A DNA stretch of 64,000 bases. Source: a virus. Of the stretch, positions 8,882 through 18,142 are shown in pieces. The notes under the pieces were generated by a model. That model had not been told where the DNA came from. It did not search any database and saw only the letters and a list, made by a program, of their open reading frames with translations. A program made the position numbers and the translations under genes. Positions within the stretch are counted from its first letter, which is position 1. Each line of letters starts with the position of its first letter. The stretch spans positions 45,167-109,166 of IMG/VR virus record IMGVR_UViG_3300045996_003734, one strand, 5' to 3'.

Positions 8882-10510
8882 TCAGAGCGCCAGCTGGCCC
8901 GTGCGGATGAAGCCGCTCGCGGCGCGGACCTGCGTCTGCAGCGGCAGGTCCTTGAAGCCGGGCGTCTTGTCCTTGTGAAACGCCGCGCACTTCTCGATTT
9001 CGTTGCGACCGGGGTAGGCCGCGAACAGCTGAACGTGCGCAGGCGGCGCGCCCGGGGCCCCGACGGCAGGAGCCGACGCCGGCGCGGGAGCGGCGGGCAC
9101 CACGACGCCGTTGAGCAGCTGGACGCCGTTCTGTCCGGCGACGAGGCTCTGCGAGAGCAGCGCCTTCGCTGCGTCGGGCCTCGGCAGGGGGTACTGCGCG
9201 TAGAACGCCGCGAGCTTGGTCTCCCGCTCCTTGGGGTCGTCCACGTTGCAGGCGAGTCGCGAGGTGAGGAGCAGCGGCTTGAACTTCGCCGCGGTGTCGC
9301 CGCTCAGGCCCATCGATGCGGCGATCTGCTCGACCTCCACCTCGGCCTCTTTCTTGTCCGCCGCGCCCAAGCGGTCGCGAGCGGCAGTCAAGCCGGCTAG
9401 GTACTCGTCGGCCTTCTTGGCCTTCTCGATGGTCTTGGCCGCGTCGCCGAGCAGCGCGGTCATGTCGTCAGACTCGAAGAGCCCGAGCAGCTGATCGAGC
9501 GTGTCGCCCTTGACCTTGGCCTTCTCGGCGGCAGCGAGCAGCACCGGCTCGGAGTCGCGGCAGTTGAACAGGTCGGCAAGCTTGCCGAGCAGGGCGGTCG
9601 CGAGAGCGGGAGCAGGGGCAGCGGGTGCGGTCATGGTGTTGTCCTCGGGGGCCGTTGGCGGCGAAGTGCTCGGGTCTGCAACGCCCATGACGAGCTGACC
9701 CGCCGTCGTGAGAATTTCGTCCGAGCTCGCGAGCACGCGCAGACCGAGCAGGCGGCGCACCGAGTCCACGAGGTAGCCAAAGCCATCGGGGAACGCGGCC
9801 GACGTCATGCCGTTCGCGACCGCGTTGCGCAGCGTCTCGATCTCTACGGCGACCTCCGCCGCGGCGGCGTCTCCCGGCAAGCCGAGCAGATCGCGCAGGC
9901 CCACGAGCGCCTCCTCAGCGCTGTCGGCCTTGCCGTAAACGCTCACGCTGGCGGCGATCGGCGCCATGCCCTTGATGAAAGGGTGATTGGTGAAGGCGAT
10001 GCTGGTGAGCAGCGCGCCGATCGGCTTGCCCGTTGCCGCGTCCTTCGCGCTCGGCCACACGGCTACGCTGGTCGACAGGTAGCCGCCCGCGCGAATCTGC
10101 TCTCGCGCCTGGTCGCTGAGCAGCGTGAGCGCCCACAGCTCGGCGCCGTTCTCGCCCTCGCGCAGCTGCAGCTCCGTCGCCCACGCCGGAGCCGGAGCGC
10201 CCGTGGAAGGCAGCGTACCCTCGGTCGGCGCCATCTCGCTCGCGTGTTCGTAGTCGTACGGCACAACGCGCTGCGTGCCGACGCCGTCGGGCCCCGGGCT
10301 GTACCAGGGGTTCGCGTGGAAGTTCGCGATGATTTGTTCGAACGACTTCCGCGTGAATTCGACGACGCGGCCGCTCGGGTGGCCCTCCCACTTGCCCTCG
10401 CGGGCGACCTGGATCCAGACGGCGCCGTCGTTCGCGACCTGCTCCGCGCTGAGCTTTACGGGTACGCCGAAGGCGCGGAGATGGAGCTTGGTGTCATTCT
10501 TGCGAGCCAC
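8882..10510 (-). CDS. Mu-like prohead protease/scaffold (gpI-like)
   Basis: WIQVAREG, DYEH, APAWA, GGYLSTS, FTNHPFIKGM motifs; helical scaffold-like C-terminus. Confidence 0.88.
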   Translation of the reverse strand: MARKNDTKLHLRAFGVPVKLSAEQVANDGAVWIQVAREGKWEGHPSGRVVEFTRKSFEQIIANFHANPWYSPGPDGVGTQRVVPYDYEHASEMAPTEGTLPSTGAPAPAWATELQLREGENGAELWALTLLSDQAREQIRAGGYLSTSVAVWPSAKDAATGKPIGALLTSIAFTNHPFIKGMAPIAASVSVYGKADSAEEALVGLRDLLGLPGDAAAAEVAVEIETLRNAVANGMTSAAFPDGFGYLVDSVRRLLGLRVLASSDEILTTAGQLVMGVADPSTSPPTAPEDNTMTAPAAPAPALATALLGKLADLFNCRDSEPVLLAAAEKAKVKGDTLDQLLGLFESDDMTALLGDAAKTIEKAKKADEYLAGLTAARDRLGAADKKEAEVEVEQIAASMGLSGDTAAKFKPLLLTSRLACNVDDPKERETKLAAFYAQYPLPRPDAAKALLSQSLVAGQNGVQLLNGVVVPAAPAPASAPAVGAPGAPPAHVQLFAAYPGRNEIEKCAAFHKDKTPGFKDLPLQTQVRAASGFIRTGQLAL

Positions 10511-10545
10511 GCGGGCAGCTTGGCCCGCACGTGGTCGCCCTGACC

Positions 10546-10860
10546 CTAGCCGCCGACGAGCTCGTCGGGCTGCCCCGCGCGGCGCCGCACGAGCTTGCCG
10601 TCCACGATGGTGACGACCTCGTCGCGGTCTTCACGCGTCAGCGCGTCGTCCACCGCGGCGTCGTTCTCCTTGCCGGCCTTCGTGCGGATGAGCTCGTTCG
10701 CGCGAGCCATCACCTCGGTGGGCTTGGCGACCAGGCGGAAGAACAGGCGCACGCCGTCGGGCGTGAGGCCTCCGGTGCGCTGGTACTCGGCGAGCTGCCG
10801 CGCAGCGGCCTCCACGTCATCGCGTGGAGGCGCGCCCTTCGGGAGCAGCGGGGCCGTCAT
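10546..10860 (-). CDS. Small protein coupled to the MuF fusion; candidate immunity protein/inhibitor
   Basis: ATGA overlap with the MuF stop; function inferred from position. Confidence 0.55.
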   Translation of the reverse strand: MTAPLLPKGAPPRDDVEAAARQLAEYQRTGGLTPDGVRLFFRLVAKPTEVMARANELIRTKAGKENDAAVDDALTREDRDEVVTIVDGKLVRRRAGQPDELVGG

Positions 10861-13616
10861 CCGGCCCCCAGCATTCGCGCCTGAACCTTTGCCAACTCCT
10901 TAAGCATTTCTTCCTTCTGCTCGGCCGTCAAGCCGAGCTCCCGCACCCACTCCGACACACCCTCCGCCCCGCTACCGCTCGAGCGAAGAAGCGCCGCTCT
11001 TTCGTGCGCTTTCGCCATCAGCTCCAGCGCCTCCTCCGAGCCGATGCCCTTCAGCTTTTGGAGCCGGTACCGGATGGCGTTGATCTCTCCGGAGTACGCC
11101 ATGCCCGCGTCCGAGAGCTTCAGCTTCGGTACCAGCTGGCGCATCACGCGGCGCGCCGTGAGCTCGGTCCCGATCTCCTCGACCACCACGCTGTGCGGGG
11201 TGACGTCGTGGAGGTTGCTGCCCGAGAGGCTGTGCACCTCCTCGTGCACCATGATGCGCAGGCCGTCGAGCTCCTTCCGGATCTCGGGCGTGAGCGTCTT
11301 GATGGGTCCGGAAGAGATGCGCTGCATCGCGCGCCGCGCGCGGTCGACGACGTCGGGCGAGTAGGTGACCTTGGCCGTGCCTGGCTCGAACATCGCCTCG
11401 AAGCCGTGCACCGCCACGTCCTCGCCCGAGACGGTCATGTCGCCGAGCACCGCGTCGCGCGCCTGCGGCACCGTCTCCCGCACCAGGTCGCGGAGCGCAA
11501 GGCGCGCCTCGGCGCCGTTGGCGAGCTGCCCGCTTGCCGTCCGCTCGAGCGCGGCGTTGAAGCGTCCGGGCAGCGCCGCGCGGCGCTCGGCCGTTGCGGC
11601 CTGCTGCATCGCAGCGCGCGCAGCCTCGAGCTTGCGCTGCGCCTCGGCCTCCGCGGCGGCCTTCGCGAAGTGGTCGGCAACCCGGTCCCGCTTCGCCGCG
11701 CTCTTCTTGAAGTACGCCTTGATTTCCTCGTACTTCGGATCCCCCGGGGCGACGTCGGCAGACATCGGGATGAGCCCGCCGTCCCCGTTCCCTCGCGCTC
11801 GCAGGAAGGCCTTGCCGACCTGCTCGCCGTCCACCTCGAGCATCGCCAGGTCGCGCACCCGAGGCAGCGCGTCCACCGCCTCGGCGGGGATGTGCGGGAA
11901 CGCCTTTTTGAACTGGCCCTTGAGGTTCTTGAGCTGGGTTGGGTTCGTGTCGAAGCCAGCGCGCGCCCAGACGTATTGGCCGTCCCACGCGGCCTCGAGC
12001 TTGATCTTTTTGACGCCCAGCTTCTCGTACTGCTCGAGCTGGTTGACGAGGATCCGGCTGCCGATGCCCGAGCCTTGGTGCTCCTTCGCCACCCGCAGGT
12101 AGCCGTGGTGCACCACCATGTCGCCGTTCTTCTCGAGCTTGTAGTCGCGCTGAACGGTGGCGACGTACTTCCCCTCACGGTCGACGATGCGCGCCTTGAG
12201 GTCGATGGCGTTGGACGTCGCGCTGATGCGGAAGTCGTCTAGCCGGTGCCCGTCGTCGAACGTCGCGGGCGAAACGAGGGCTTGGTACTCCTCGGGTGAG
12301 AGCGCCCGGCCAAAGCCCTTCTGGCTGACCGCGTGCAGGTGCTTCAGCTCGCTCGCCTCGAGCTCGATGGCGGCCGCCGTGAATTGGGCGTGGGTCGCTG
12401 GCGCAGCGGCGACCGGCAGCGGCACTGGAGGCAGCCGGATGGGCGGCGCCGGCGGCGCTGTGGACGGCGTGGGCAGCTCGATTGCGGGCGGCGGCACGGG
12501 GCGCGGGGGCGGAGCACGCACCGGCACAGGCGGGCGCTGCGGTGCCGGCGGCGGGGCGAGCGCGGCGGCCGGCACGCTGATGAGCTGGCTGGTGCCGGAC
12601 TCGAAGCCGGGGTCCGGCAAGCCTTTGGGGACCGGGCCCACCTCGATGCCCATGCGCTTGAGCCACGCCAGCGTGCGCGCGATGACGCGGCAGCGGCAGT
12701 TGAAGCCGAAAGGCGGGTAGGCCAGCTTCCAGAACGGGTGATTCGCCGGGAGCACGATGCCGTGCGCGCGCTTGTGCGTCTCGCGCTGGCGCGCGTCGGT
12801 GACGCCTCGGATCTGCCAGTACGGCAGCGCGGCCAGCACGGCGGGTTGGCTCATCTCGGCGCGCCGCCCGCTCGCCACGGCGCTCATGCTGTTCGTGCGG
12901 AAGATGGTCTCGACGTGGCTCGGGTTGTCTGGCGTCCAGCCCGCCGTCTTCAGGCGCTCCTTGGCGAACTTGCGGAAGTCTCGGAGGTTGGCGCCCTTCG
13001 GTGTGCTGCCGGGGGTGCCGGGCCGCCTGCCCTGCCCGTCGCGCAGCTGGCGGACGAGCTCGGCCTTGGTGGCGTTGAGCAGCTCCTCCTTGGCCATGCC
13101 GGCGACGGTGAAGGCCTGCTTCCGCGCACCCTCCTGCATCGCGCGAAACGCCGCCGGCGGCACGACCTTGCGCTGCTCGAACTGCGCGATCGCGGTCTCG
13201 CCCGGGAGGTGCACCAGGCCCGGCCGGCGCCGCACCGCGAACGTTGCCGGCGCCAGCTCCACGTCGTGCTCGCGCTCCCACTGCGAGTCGAGCGCACCGA
13301 GCATCAAGCCCCGCAGAATGGTCTGCTCTATCTCCTTCGCGAACGCGCCCACGTCGATGCGCGCGCGCTCGAGCGCGCTTCGAATTTCGAACTCCGTTTC
13401 GCTGTCGCCGATAGCCTCGAGGACGGCCTCTCCCCAGGCGGCCGTGATCCGAGTTGCCGCAGCCACGCCGTCTTCGACGAGCGCCTCCGGAGAACCGTTC
13501 GGGCTGTCGGGTTGCTCGGCGCAGCAGACGTGCTCGCCCAGCAAGTCCTGAGCGTTGAGCGAGGCGTAGAACCGCTCGAGCTCGAGGAGCTCCGCGCGCG
13601 CCTGCTCCGCGTTCAT
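10857..13616 (-). CDS. MuF (gpF/SPP1 gp7-like) head protein fused to GNAT acetyltransferase and zincin-like metallopeptidase domains
   Basis: MuF motifs TIFRTN, DARQRETH, PPFGFNCRC; Pro-rich linker; GNAT motif A HQGSGIG...WARAGF; HEEVH plus downstream Glu. Confidence 0.85.
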   Translation of the reverse strand: MNAEQARAELLELERFYASLNAQDLLGEHVCCAEQPDSPNGSPEALVEDGVAAATRITAAWGEAVLEAIGDSETEFEIRSALERARIDVGAFAKEIEQTILRGLMLGALDSQWEREHDVELAPATFAVRRRPGLVHLPGETAIAQFEQRKVVPPAAFRAMQEGARKQAFTVAGMAKEELLNATKAELVRQLRDGQGRRPGTPGSTPKGANLRDFRKFAKERLKTAGWTPDNPSHVETIFRTNSMSAVASGRRAEMSQPAVLAALPYWQIRGVTDARQRETHKRAHGIVLPANHPFWKLAYPPFGFNCRCRVIARTLAWLKRMGIEVGPVPKGLPDPGFESGTSQLISVPAAALAPPPAPQRPPVPVRAPPPRPVPPPAIELPTPSTAPPAPPIRLPPVPLPVAAAPATHAQFTAAAIELEASELKHLHAVSQKGFGRALSPEEYQALVSPATFDDGHRLDDFRISATSNAIDLKARIVDREGKYVATVQRDYKLEKNGDMVVHHGYLRVAKEHQGSGIGSRILVNQLEQYEKLGVKKIKLEAAWDGQYVWARAGFDTNPTQLKNLKGQFKKAFPHIPAEAVDALPRVRDLAMLEVDGEQVGKAFLRARGNGDGGLIPMSADVAPGDPKYEEIKAYFKKSAAKRDRVADHFAKAAAEAEAQRKLEAARAAMQQAATAERRAALPGRFNAALERTASGQLANGAEARLALRDLVRETVPQARDAVLGDMTVSGEDVAVHGFEAMFEPGTAKVTYSPDVVDRARRAMQRISSGPIKTLTPEIRKELDGLRIMVHEEVHSLSGSNLHDVTPHSVVVEEIGTELTARRVMRQLVPKLKLSDAGMAYSGEINAIRYRLQKLKGIGSEEALELMAKAHERAALLRSSGSGAEGVSEWVRELGLTAEQKEEMLKELAKVQARMLGAG

Positions 13617-15217
13617 CGCCCGCCGATGGTCGTGAGCAGCTTCAGCACGTGCGCGGCGCGAACGAGCTGCAGGGGGTCCCGGTCGGTGAACGTGTCTTGG
13701 TCAGGCAGGCCTTGGCCGTCATCGCCAAGGGGCGACGCGCCGCCGGCCCCGCTCTGCTGTCCGAATCCACCACCACCGCCGCCGCCGCCGGGCGACCCGA
13801 AGCCGCCCGCGGGCTGCGGCGCCTGCTGCACCACCAGGTCCTCGGGTTGCGGCTCGGCAAAGCCCACGCGCTCGTACACCTCCGAACGCTTGAGCGGGAT
13901 GCCCAGGCCGAACACCTTCGCGGTGCGCTCGATCTCCTGCCCACGCGTCGGCGTCACTTCGTACTTGAGCTCGATGCGGGGCGCGTGATCGAGCGCCTCC
14001 GCGCCGAAGTTCAGGACGATGATGTCCGCGCCGAGCTGCTCGGTGAGCAGGTCGGAGATGTCCCAGCCGTCCGCCGCGTACACGCTAGACTGCTCGTCCT
14101 GCCCGACCTCGTCGCCGGCGGAGCCGAGCGCGCCCGGCTTAGCGTCGTTCGTGCGCGTGGTCCCGGAGACCAGCTTGCTGATCTCGTCGTTGCATTCCGC
14201 CGCGACTTCCTTGTGGATGGTGCCGGAGTTGTGGTCGGGAGTCTCGAGCTGCAGCTTGACGCCGGGCGGCATCACGCCGGTGGCGTTCGCTCCGAGCGCG
14301 TCGGCGGAGATGGCCGCCTCGTCCAGCGTCTCCTGCTGGATCTGACCGTCCTCAGCCCAGACGATGCGCCAAGGCTTGCCGAACACCTCCAGCAGAATCA
14401 GGCGTTCTCGCCACGAGAAGCGCTTGAAGAAGCTGAAGTACATGCCGCGCGGACCGAAGCCCTCGCGCTCTGGGTAGTCGTTGAACTGCTGCGGCGTGAA
14501 GCTGATGAACTTGAACGGGATCTGCCGCAGCTCGAGCCCGCGCCGCTCGAAGGCGCCACCGGCGAAGCTGTCGTCACGCACGCGCAGCTCGCGCTCGGGG
14601 CCGAAGCTCAGCCGCCGCGGATGAATCCAGTTCAGGCTGTCGATGCGCCACTTGACCGTGCTGCCGGCGGGGTTCTCGCGCCAGACCTTCTCGAGCGCGG
14701 CGCGCCCGTGGCACTGCGCCCAGTTGAGCCTGCGCACCTGCTGGCGCCAATTTGGGATCCAGGCGAGCTGCTGGCGGACGACGTCGGCGTAGAGCTTGGC
14801 CTTGCTTGGGTCGATGCCGTCGCCGGAGGCCGCGATCACGTTGGGCTTGATGCTGGCGAGGGCTCGCACCCGCTTGCCCACCGCCGACGTGAAGTGCGGG
14901 TCGATGGCCAGCGTCTCGTACTGGAGGTCGGTGAGGTCCCGCATGTAACCGAGCTCCGCCGAGCGGACGGCTTGCTCGATGAACTCGGGGGTGAGGGAGC
15001 GGCCGTAGTACCGGCGGTTTTGCTCGGTGAGGGGGAGCTCCCCGCCGAACATCGATTCCTGCAGGTTTTGCCGGGCGACGAACTGATTGCCCGCAGCGTC
15101 GAAGCGGAGGCGGATGCCCTGGCGGGCAGCGCGCTCGATGGCGGCGATGCGCTGGCGTTCCTCGAGCGGGGCTCGCTGGAGGATACCCTGCCGGGTGTGC
15201 AACGGCGCCAGCTTCAC
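13613..15217 (-). CDS. Portal protein (Mu gp29/DUF935-like)
   Basis: DPHF...KR, EVFGKPW, EISKLV.G.T.T motifs; GTG at 15217 with GGAGG RBS. Confidence 0.88.
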   Translation of the reverse strand: MKLAPLHTRQGILQRAPLEERQRIAAIERAARQGIRLRFDAAGNQFVARQNLQESMFGGELPLTEQNRRYYGRSLTPEFIEQAVRSAELGYMRDLTDLQYETLAIDPHFTSAVGKRVRALASIKPNVIAASGDGIDPSKAKLYADVVRQQLAWIPNWRQQVRRLNWAQCHGRAALEKVWRENPAGSTVKWRIDSLNWIHPRRLSFGPERELRVRDDSFAGGAFERRGLELRQIPFKFISFTPQQFNDYPEREGFGPRGMYFSFFKRFSWRERLILLEVFGKPWRIVWAEDGQIQQETLDEAAISADALGANATGVMPPGVKLQLETPDHNSGTIHKEVAAECNDEISKLVSGTTRTNDAKPGALGSAGDEVGQDEQSSVYAADGWDISDLLTEQLGADIIVLNFGAEALDHAPRIELKYEVTPTRGQEIERTAKVFGLGIPLKRSEVYERVGFAEPQPEDLVVQQAPQPAGGFGSPGGGGGGGGFGQQSGAGGASPLGDDGQGLPDQDTFTDRDPLQLVRAAHVLKLLTTIGGR

Positions 15218-15555
15218 GAGCCGCGCCTCCACCACCGACGCGCAGGCGCCGGCGGCGGCGCGGCCTGCGCCGCTCGCGCCGCCTGCTCGTACTGCGCTCG
15301 CGCCCCGAGCTCCGCCGTGCGCAGCTGCGCGAGCTCGCTCTCGACCTGGGCCGCAAGCACCTCGATGCGTGAACACCACCGCTCAGTCAGCGCCCAAAGG
15401 AAGGCCGAGCGAACGGCGCCCAGCGGGCCGCCTGCCTTCGCTTCCGCCGCCCGCCACGTCGCTGCAGTCCGGCGCAGCTCGCCCACGAGGCGCTCGGCAA
15501 GCTCTCGCCTACCGGTTGCCAAGCCAAGGGAATGAGCCAGCTGGGTCGCGTCCAC
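15214..15555 (-). CDS. Hypothetical protein
   Basis: Helical ORF; GTGA overlap with the portal start. Confidence 0.55.
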   Translation of the reverse strand: MDATQLAHSLGLATGRRELAERLVGELRRTAATWRAAEAKAGGPLGAVRSAFLWALTERWCSRIEVLAAQVESELAQLRTAELGARAQYEQAARAAQAAPPPAPARRWWRRGS

Positions 15556-15593
15556 GCTGGACGATGTCAGCCCAGGCGCGACCTGGCCCCGCG

Positions 15594-18104
15594 TCAGGAG
15601 TCTTCCACGGTCGGGTCGCGCTCGAGCTCGGTCACCCGGACGGTGAGATGGGCGTCGGCGCCGAGCGTGTTTGTGACGCTGAGGCGCAGGTTGTTGCCGC
15701 TAATCGAGGCGTTAACGGTCAGGTTCACGGAGTCGCCCGAGGTGAACAAGCTGGACTGCACGGGCGTGCTCGCGGCGCCGCTTCCGGAGCGCTGGGTCTC
15801 AACGTGCACGATCTTCGTGCCTCGGTCGCCGGACGCATCCTCGGCCAGGACCTTCACGCGGAAGAGGTAGCGGGTGGACGGCAGGAGCGGCACGTCGATG
15901 TTGGCCGTGGTGCCGGCGCTCGCCACGTCCACGCTCGACAGCGAGCCGACCAAGCCGCCGATTCCGTCGTTCTCGATGGCCGCGGCTCCGATCTTGGTGT
16001 TCGTGCCGCCGTCGCTGAACGGCGAGCCGTTCCCCGAGATTCGCGTCTCCGCGATGCGCGTGCCGTCAGCGGAGCCTTCGATCTCGATGCCGTTCTGGGT
16101 GTTGCCGGTGACGACGCTGCCGCCGCCGATGAAGGCTCGGTCTCCGCGGATCTGGATGCCGTCGTCGGTGTTGTCGCGTGCCGTGACGCCGAGGAGGGAG
16201 GCGTCGTCGGCGCCGGCCGCAATGAGGAAGCCGTCGGCGTTGCCGTAGCTCGTGGTGCCGACGACCTTGTTTCGCAGCCCGTTCAGGATGACGCCGCGCG
16301 AGCAAGCGGTGAGCGAGCCACCTTGCACGACCGCGTCCGGCGCGTTCAGGTCGATGCCGCTCGAGAGGCCCGCGGACCCCGTCCCTGTCGCGTCGAAGCC
16401 CTTTACCTCGCAGAACACGGCCGTCGGCTCAGTGGTCAGCCCGGCCACGGCGCAGGCCTCCGCCGTGCAGTCGGTGACCTTCGTGCGGGGCCCGCGGATG
16501 CGGAAGCCGGAGCCCACCGCGGTGAAGGCGTTGCAGTCCGTCAGCCGCGTGAGGTCCGCCTCGCTGTCGACCAGGAAGGCCTCGTCGCCGGTGTCCTCGA
16601 CGTCGACCCCGATCACCTTGTTGCGCTTACCGTAGACGGTCACGCCGAGGAGCATGTCCTTCACGTAGCCGCCCTCGACCGTGACGTGGTCGGCCGCGAT
16701 GTAGACGCCTAGCGAGGTGGCGCCGTCGTTGCCGCGGCAGTTGAAGTTGCTGAGGTGCGCCCTGTGCCCGCCGAAGCCGACGCCGGGGTCGCCCATCACA
16801 CCCTCGCGGAAGCGGATGTAGTGCCCGTCGGGCGGCCCGTCGCTGGTCCAGACGTTCGTCACTTCGCACGGTCCCCGGATGTCCAAGCCGGCTTGCTCGG
16901 TCAGCGTCGTGTCGAGGCCCCAATGGCGCAGGTCGAGGTGCGCCAGGGACATCGAGCCGTTGCCGTTGCCGACGTTTTTCATGTCGATGCAGTCGGCGCC
17001 GGTGTGGTGGATGTACAGGTGGGAGAGGTCCACGCGCTTCTTGTCGCCGCCCTGCAGCCCCAGGCCGTAGCCGTAGCAGTTCTTGATCTCGACGCGGTGG
17101 ATGCGCAGACCGTCGCAGCCGCCCGTCCCCGTACGGAGACCGTGGACGGACGAGGTGTTGCCCGAGCCCGGGTTCACGAGCTGGCTGTTGCCGTCGAGAG
17201 TGAGGTCGCTGATCTCGATCTCGGTCGCGCCGTCGATGTTGAACAGGTTGGCGTTCGCGCCGTTCGCCGCGCGGATGATGGTCTTTCCCCGCCCTGCTCC
17301 GCGAAGCGTGACGTTGGCCAACCCGGTTAGCGAGAGGCACACGTCATCGATCGCGGACTCGTTCACCAGGTACGCGGCGCCGAGCCCGTCGGGCACGTAG
17401 ACCAGGCCCGCTCCAGCGGTGTTTGCGGCCGCGAGCGCCGCCTGAAGGGCCACGCGGTTGGCCGCCGCGAGCGCCGCCGGCGACGCTCCGTACGTGCCGA
17501 GCTTCACGTTGAAGTAGGCGAATAGGTCGCGCACCGCGATGCCGCCGTCCTTCAGCTCCTTGCCGTTGGCGCTCTGGAAGACCGGCACGCGGTCGACCAC
17601 GGCCGAGGCCGGCCCGAGCACGTCACCACCGCCCGGAGGCACCACGTCCACGTCGTCGTTCTGGTTGTCAGCCCAGCCGCCCGCCGAGTACTGCGTGCCC
17701 TCGGTGGCGATAATCTTGCGGCGGCCGAGCGCGCTCCGAACGCACACCAGGCGCTCGAACACGAAGTCCGCGCTCGGTCGGTCGTTCCGGTCGAGGCCTC
17801 CGTTCACGAGGCAGCGCACCACCCAGGAGGCCGCACCGGTGGCGGGAACGTTGAGCGAGACCGCCGTCGCCGGCGTCGCCGCGTCCACCTTCTGCCCCGT
17901 GCTCGAGCCGACCAGCGTGAGCAGCGCGGCCCCCTTGCTGGCCCTCGGCGACTTGTCGTCGCTGGCGCTGTACACCTCGTACGTCACCCGCCGCACTACG
18001 CCGGTGAGCGCCTCGAGCTGGAGCACGAGCGACGCGCCGCTCACCGTGTCGTAGCCACGCGCCGAGCTCGGGCTACCTTGGATGGTGAAACGGGCGAGGT
18101 TCAC
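15594..18104 (-). CDS. Right-handed beta-helix (pectate-lyase-like) tailspike/depolymerase
   Basis: GDVLGPAS...GKELKDGG linker; NV..YGA...N..ALQAAL...G.VYVP.G start; many parallel beta-helix repeats; probable GTG start at 18104. Confidence 0.8.
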   Translation of the reverse strand: MNLARFTIQGSPSSARGYDTVSGASLVLQLEALTGVVRRVTYEVYSASDDKSPRASKGAALLTLVGSSTGQKVDAATPATAVSLNVPATGAASWVVRCLVNGGLDRNDRPSADFVFERLVCVRSALGRRKIIATEGTQYSAGGWADNQNDDVDVVPPGGGDVLGPASAVVDRVPVFQSANGKELKDGGIAVRDLFAYFNVKLGTYGASPAALAAANRVALQAALAAANTAGAGLVYVPDGLGAAYLVNESAIDDVCLSLTGLANVTLRGAGRGKTIIRAANGANANLFNIDGATEIEISDLTLDGNSQLVNPGSGNTSSVHGLRTGTGGCDGLRIHRVEIKNCYGYGLGLQGGDKKRVDLSHLYIHHTGADCIDMKNVGNGNGSMSLAHLDLRHWGLDTTLTEQAGLDIRGPCEVTNVWTSDGPPDGHYIRFREGVMGDPGVGFGGHRAHLSNFNCRGNDGATSLGVYIAADHVTVEGGYVKDMLLGVTVYGKRNKVIGVDVEDTGDEAFLVDSEADLTRLTDCNAFTAVGSGFRIRGPRTKVTDCTAEACAVAGLTTEPTAVFCEVKGFDATGTGSAGLSSGIDLNAPDAVVQGGSLTACSRGVILNGLRNKVVGTTSYGNADGFLIAAGADDASLLGVTARDNTDDGIQIRGDRAFIGGGSVVTGNTQNGIEIEGSADGTRIAETRISGNGSPFSDGGTNTKIGAAAIENDGIGGLVGSLSSVDVASAGTTANIDVPLLPSTRYLFRVKVLAEDASGDRGTKIVHVETQRSGSGAASTPVQSSLFTSGDSVNLTVNASISGNNLRLSVTNTLGADAHLTVRVTELERDPTVEDS

Positions 18105-18142
18105 GGGCTCGGTATGCGAGCCGGGGGCCGCTCTGACCCTCG

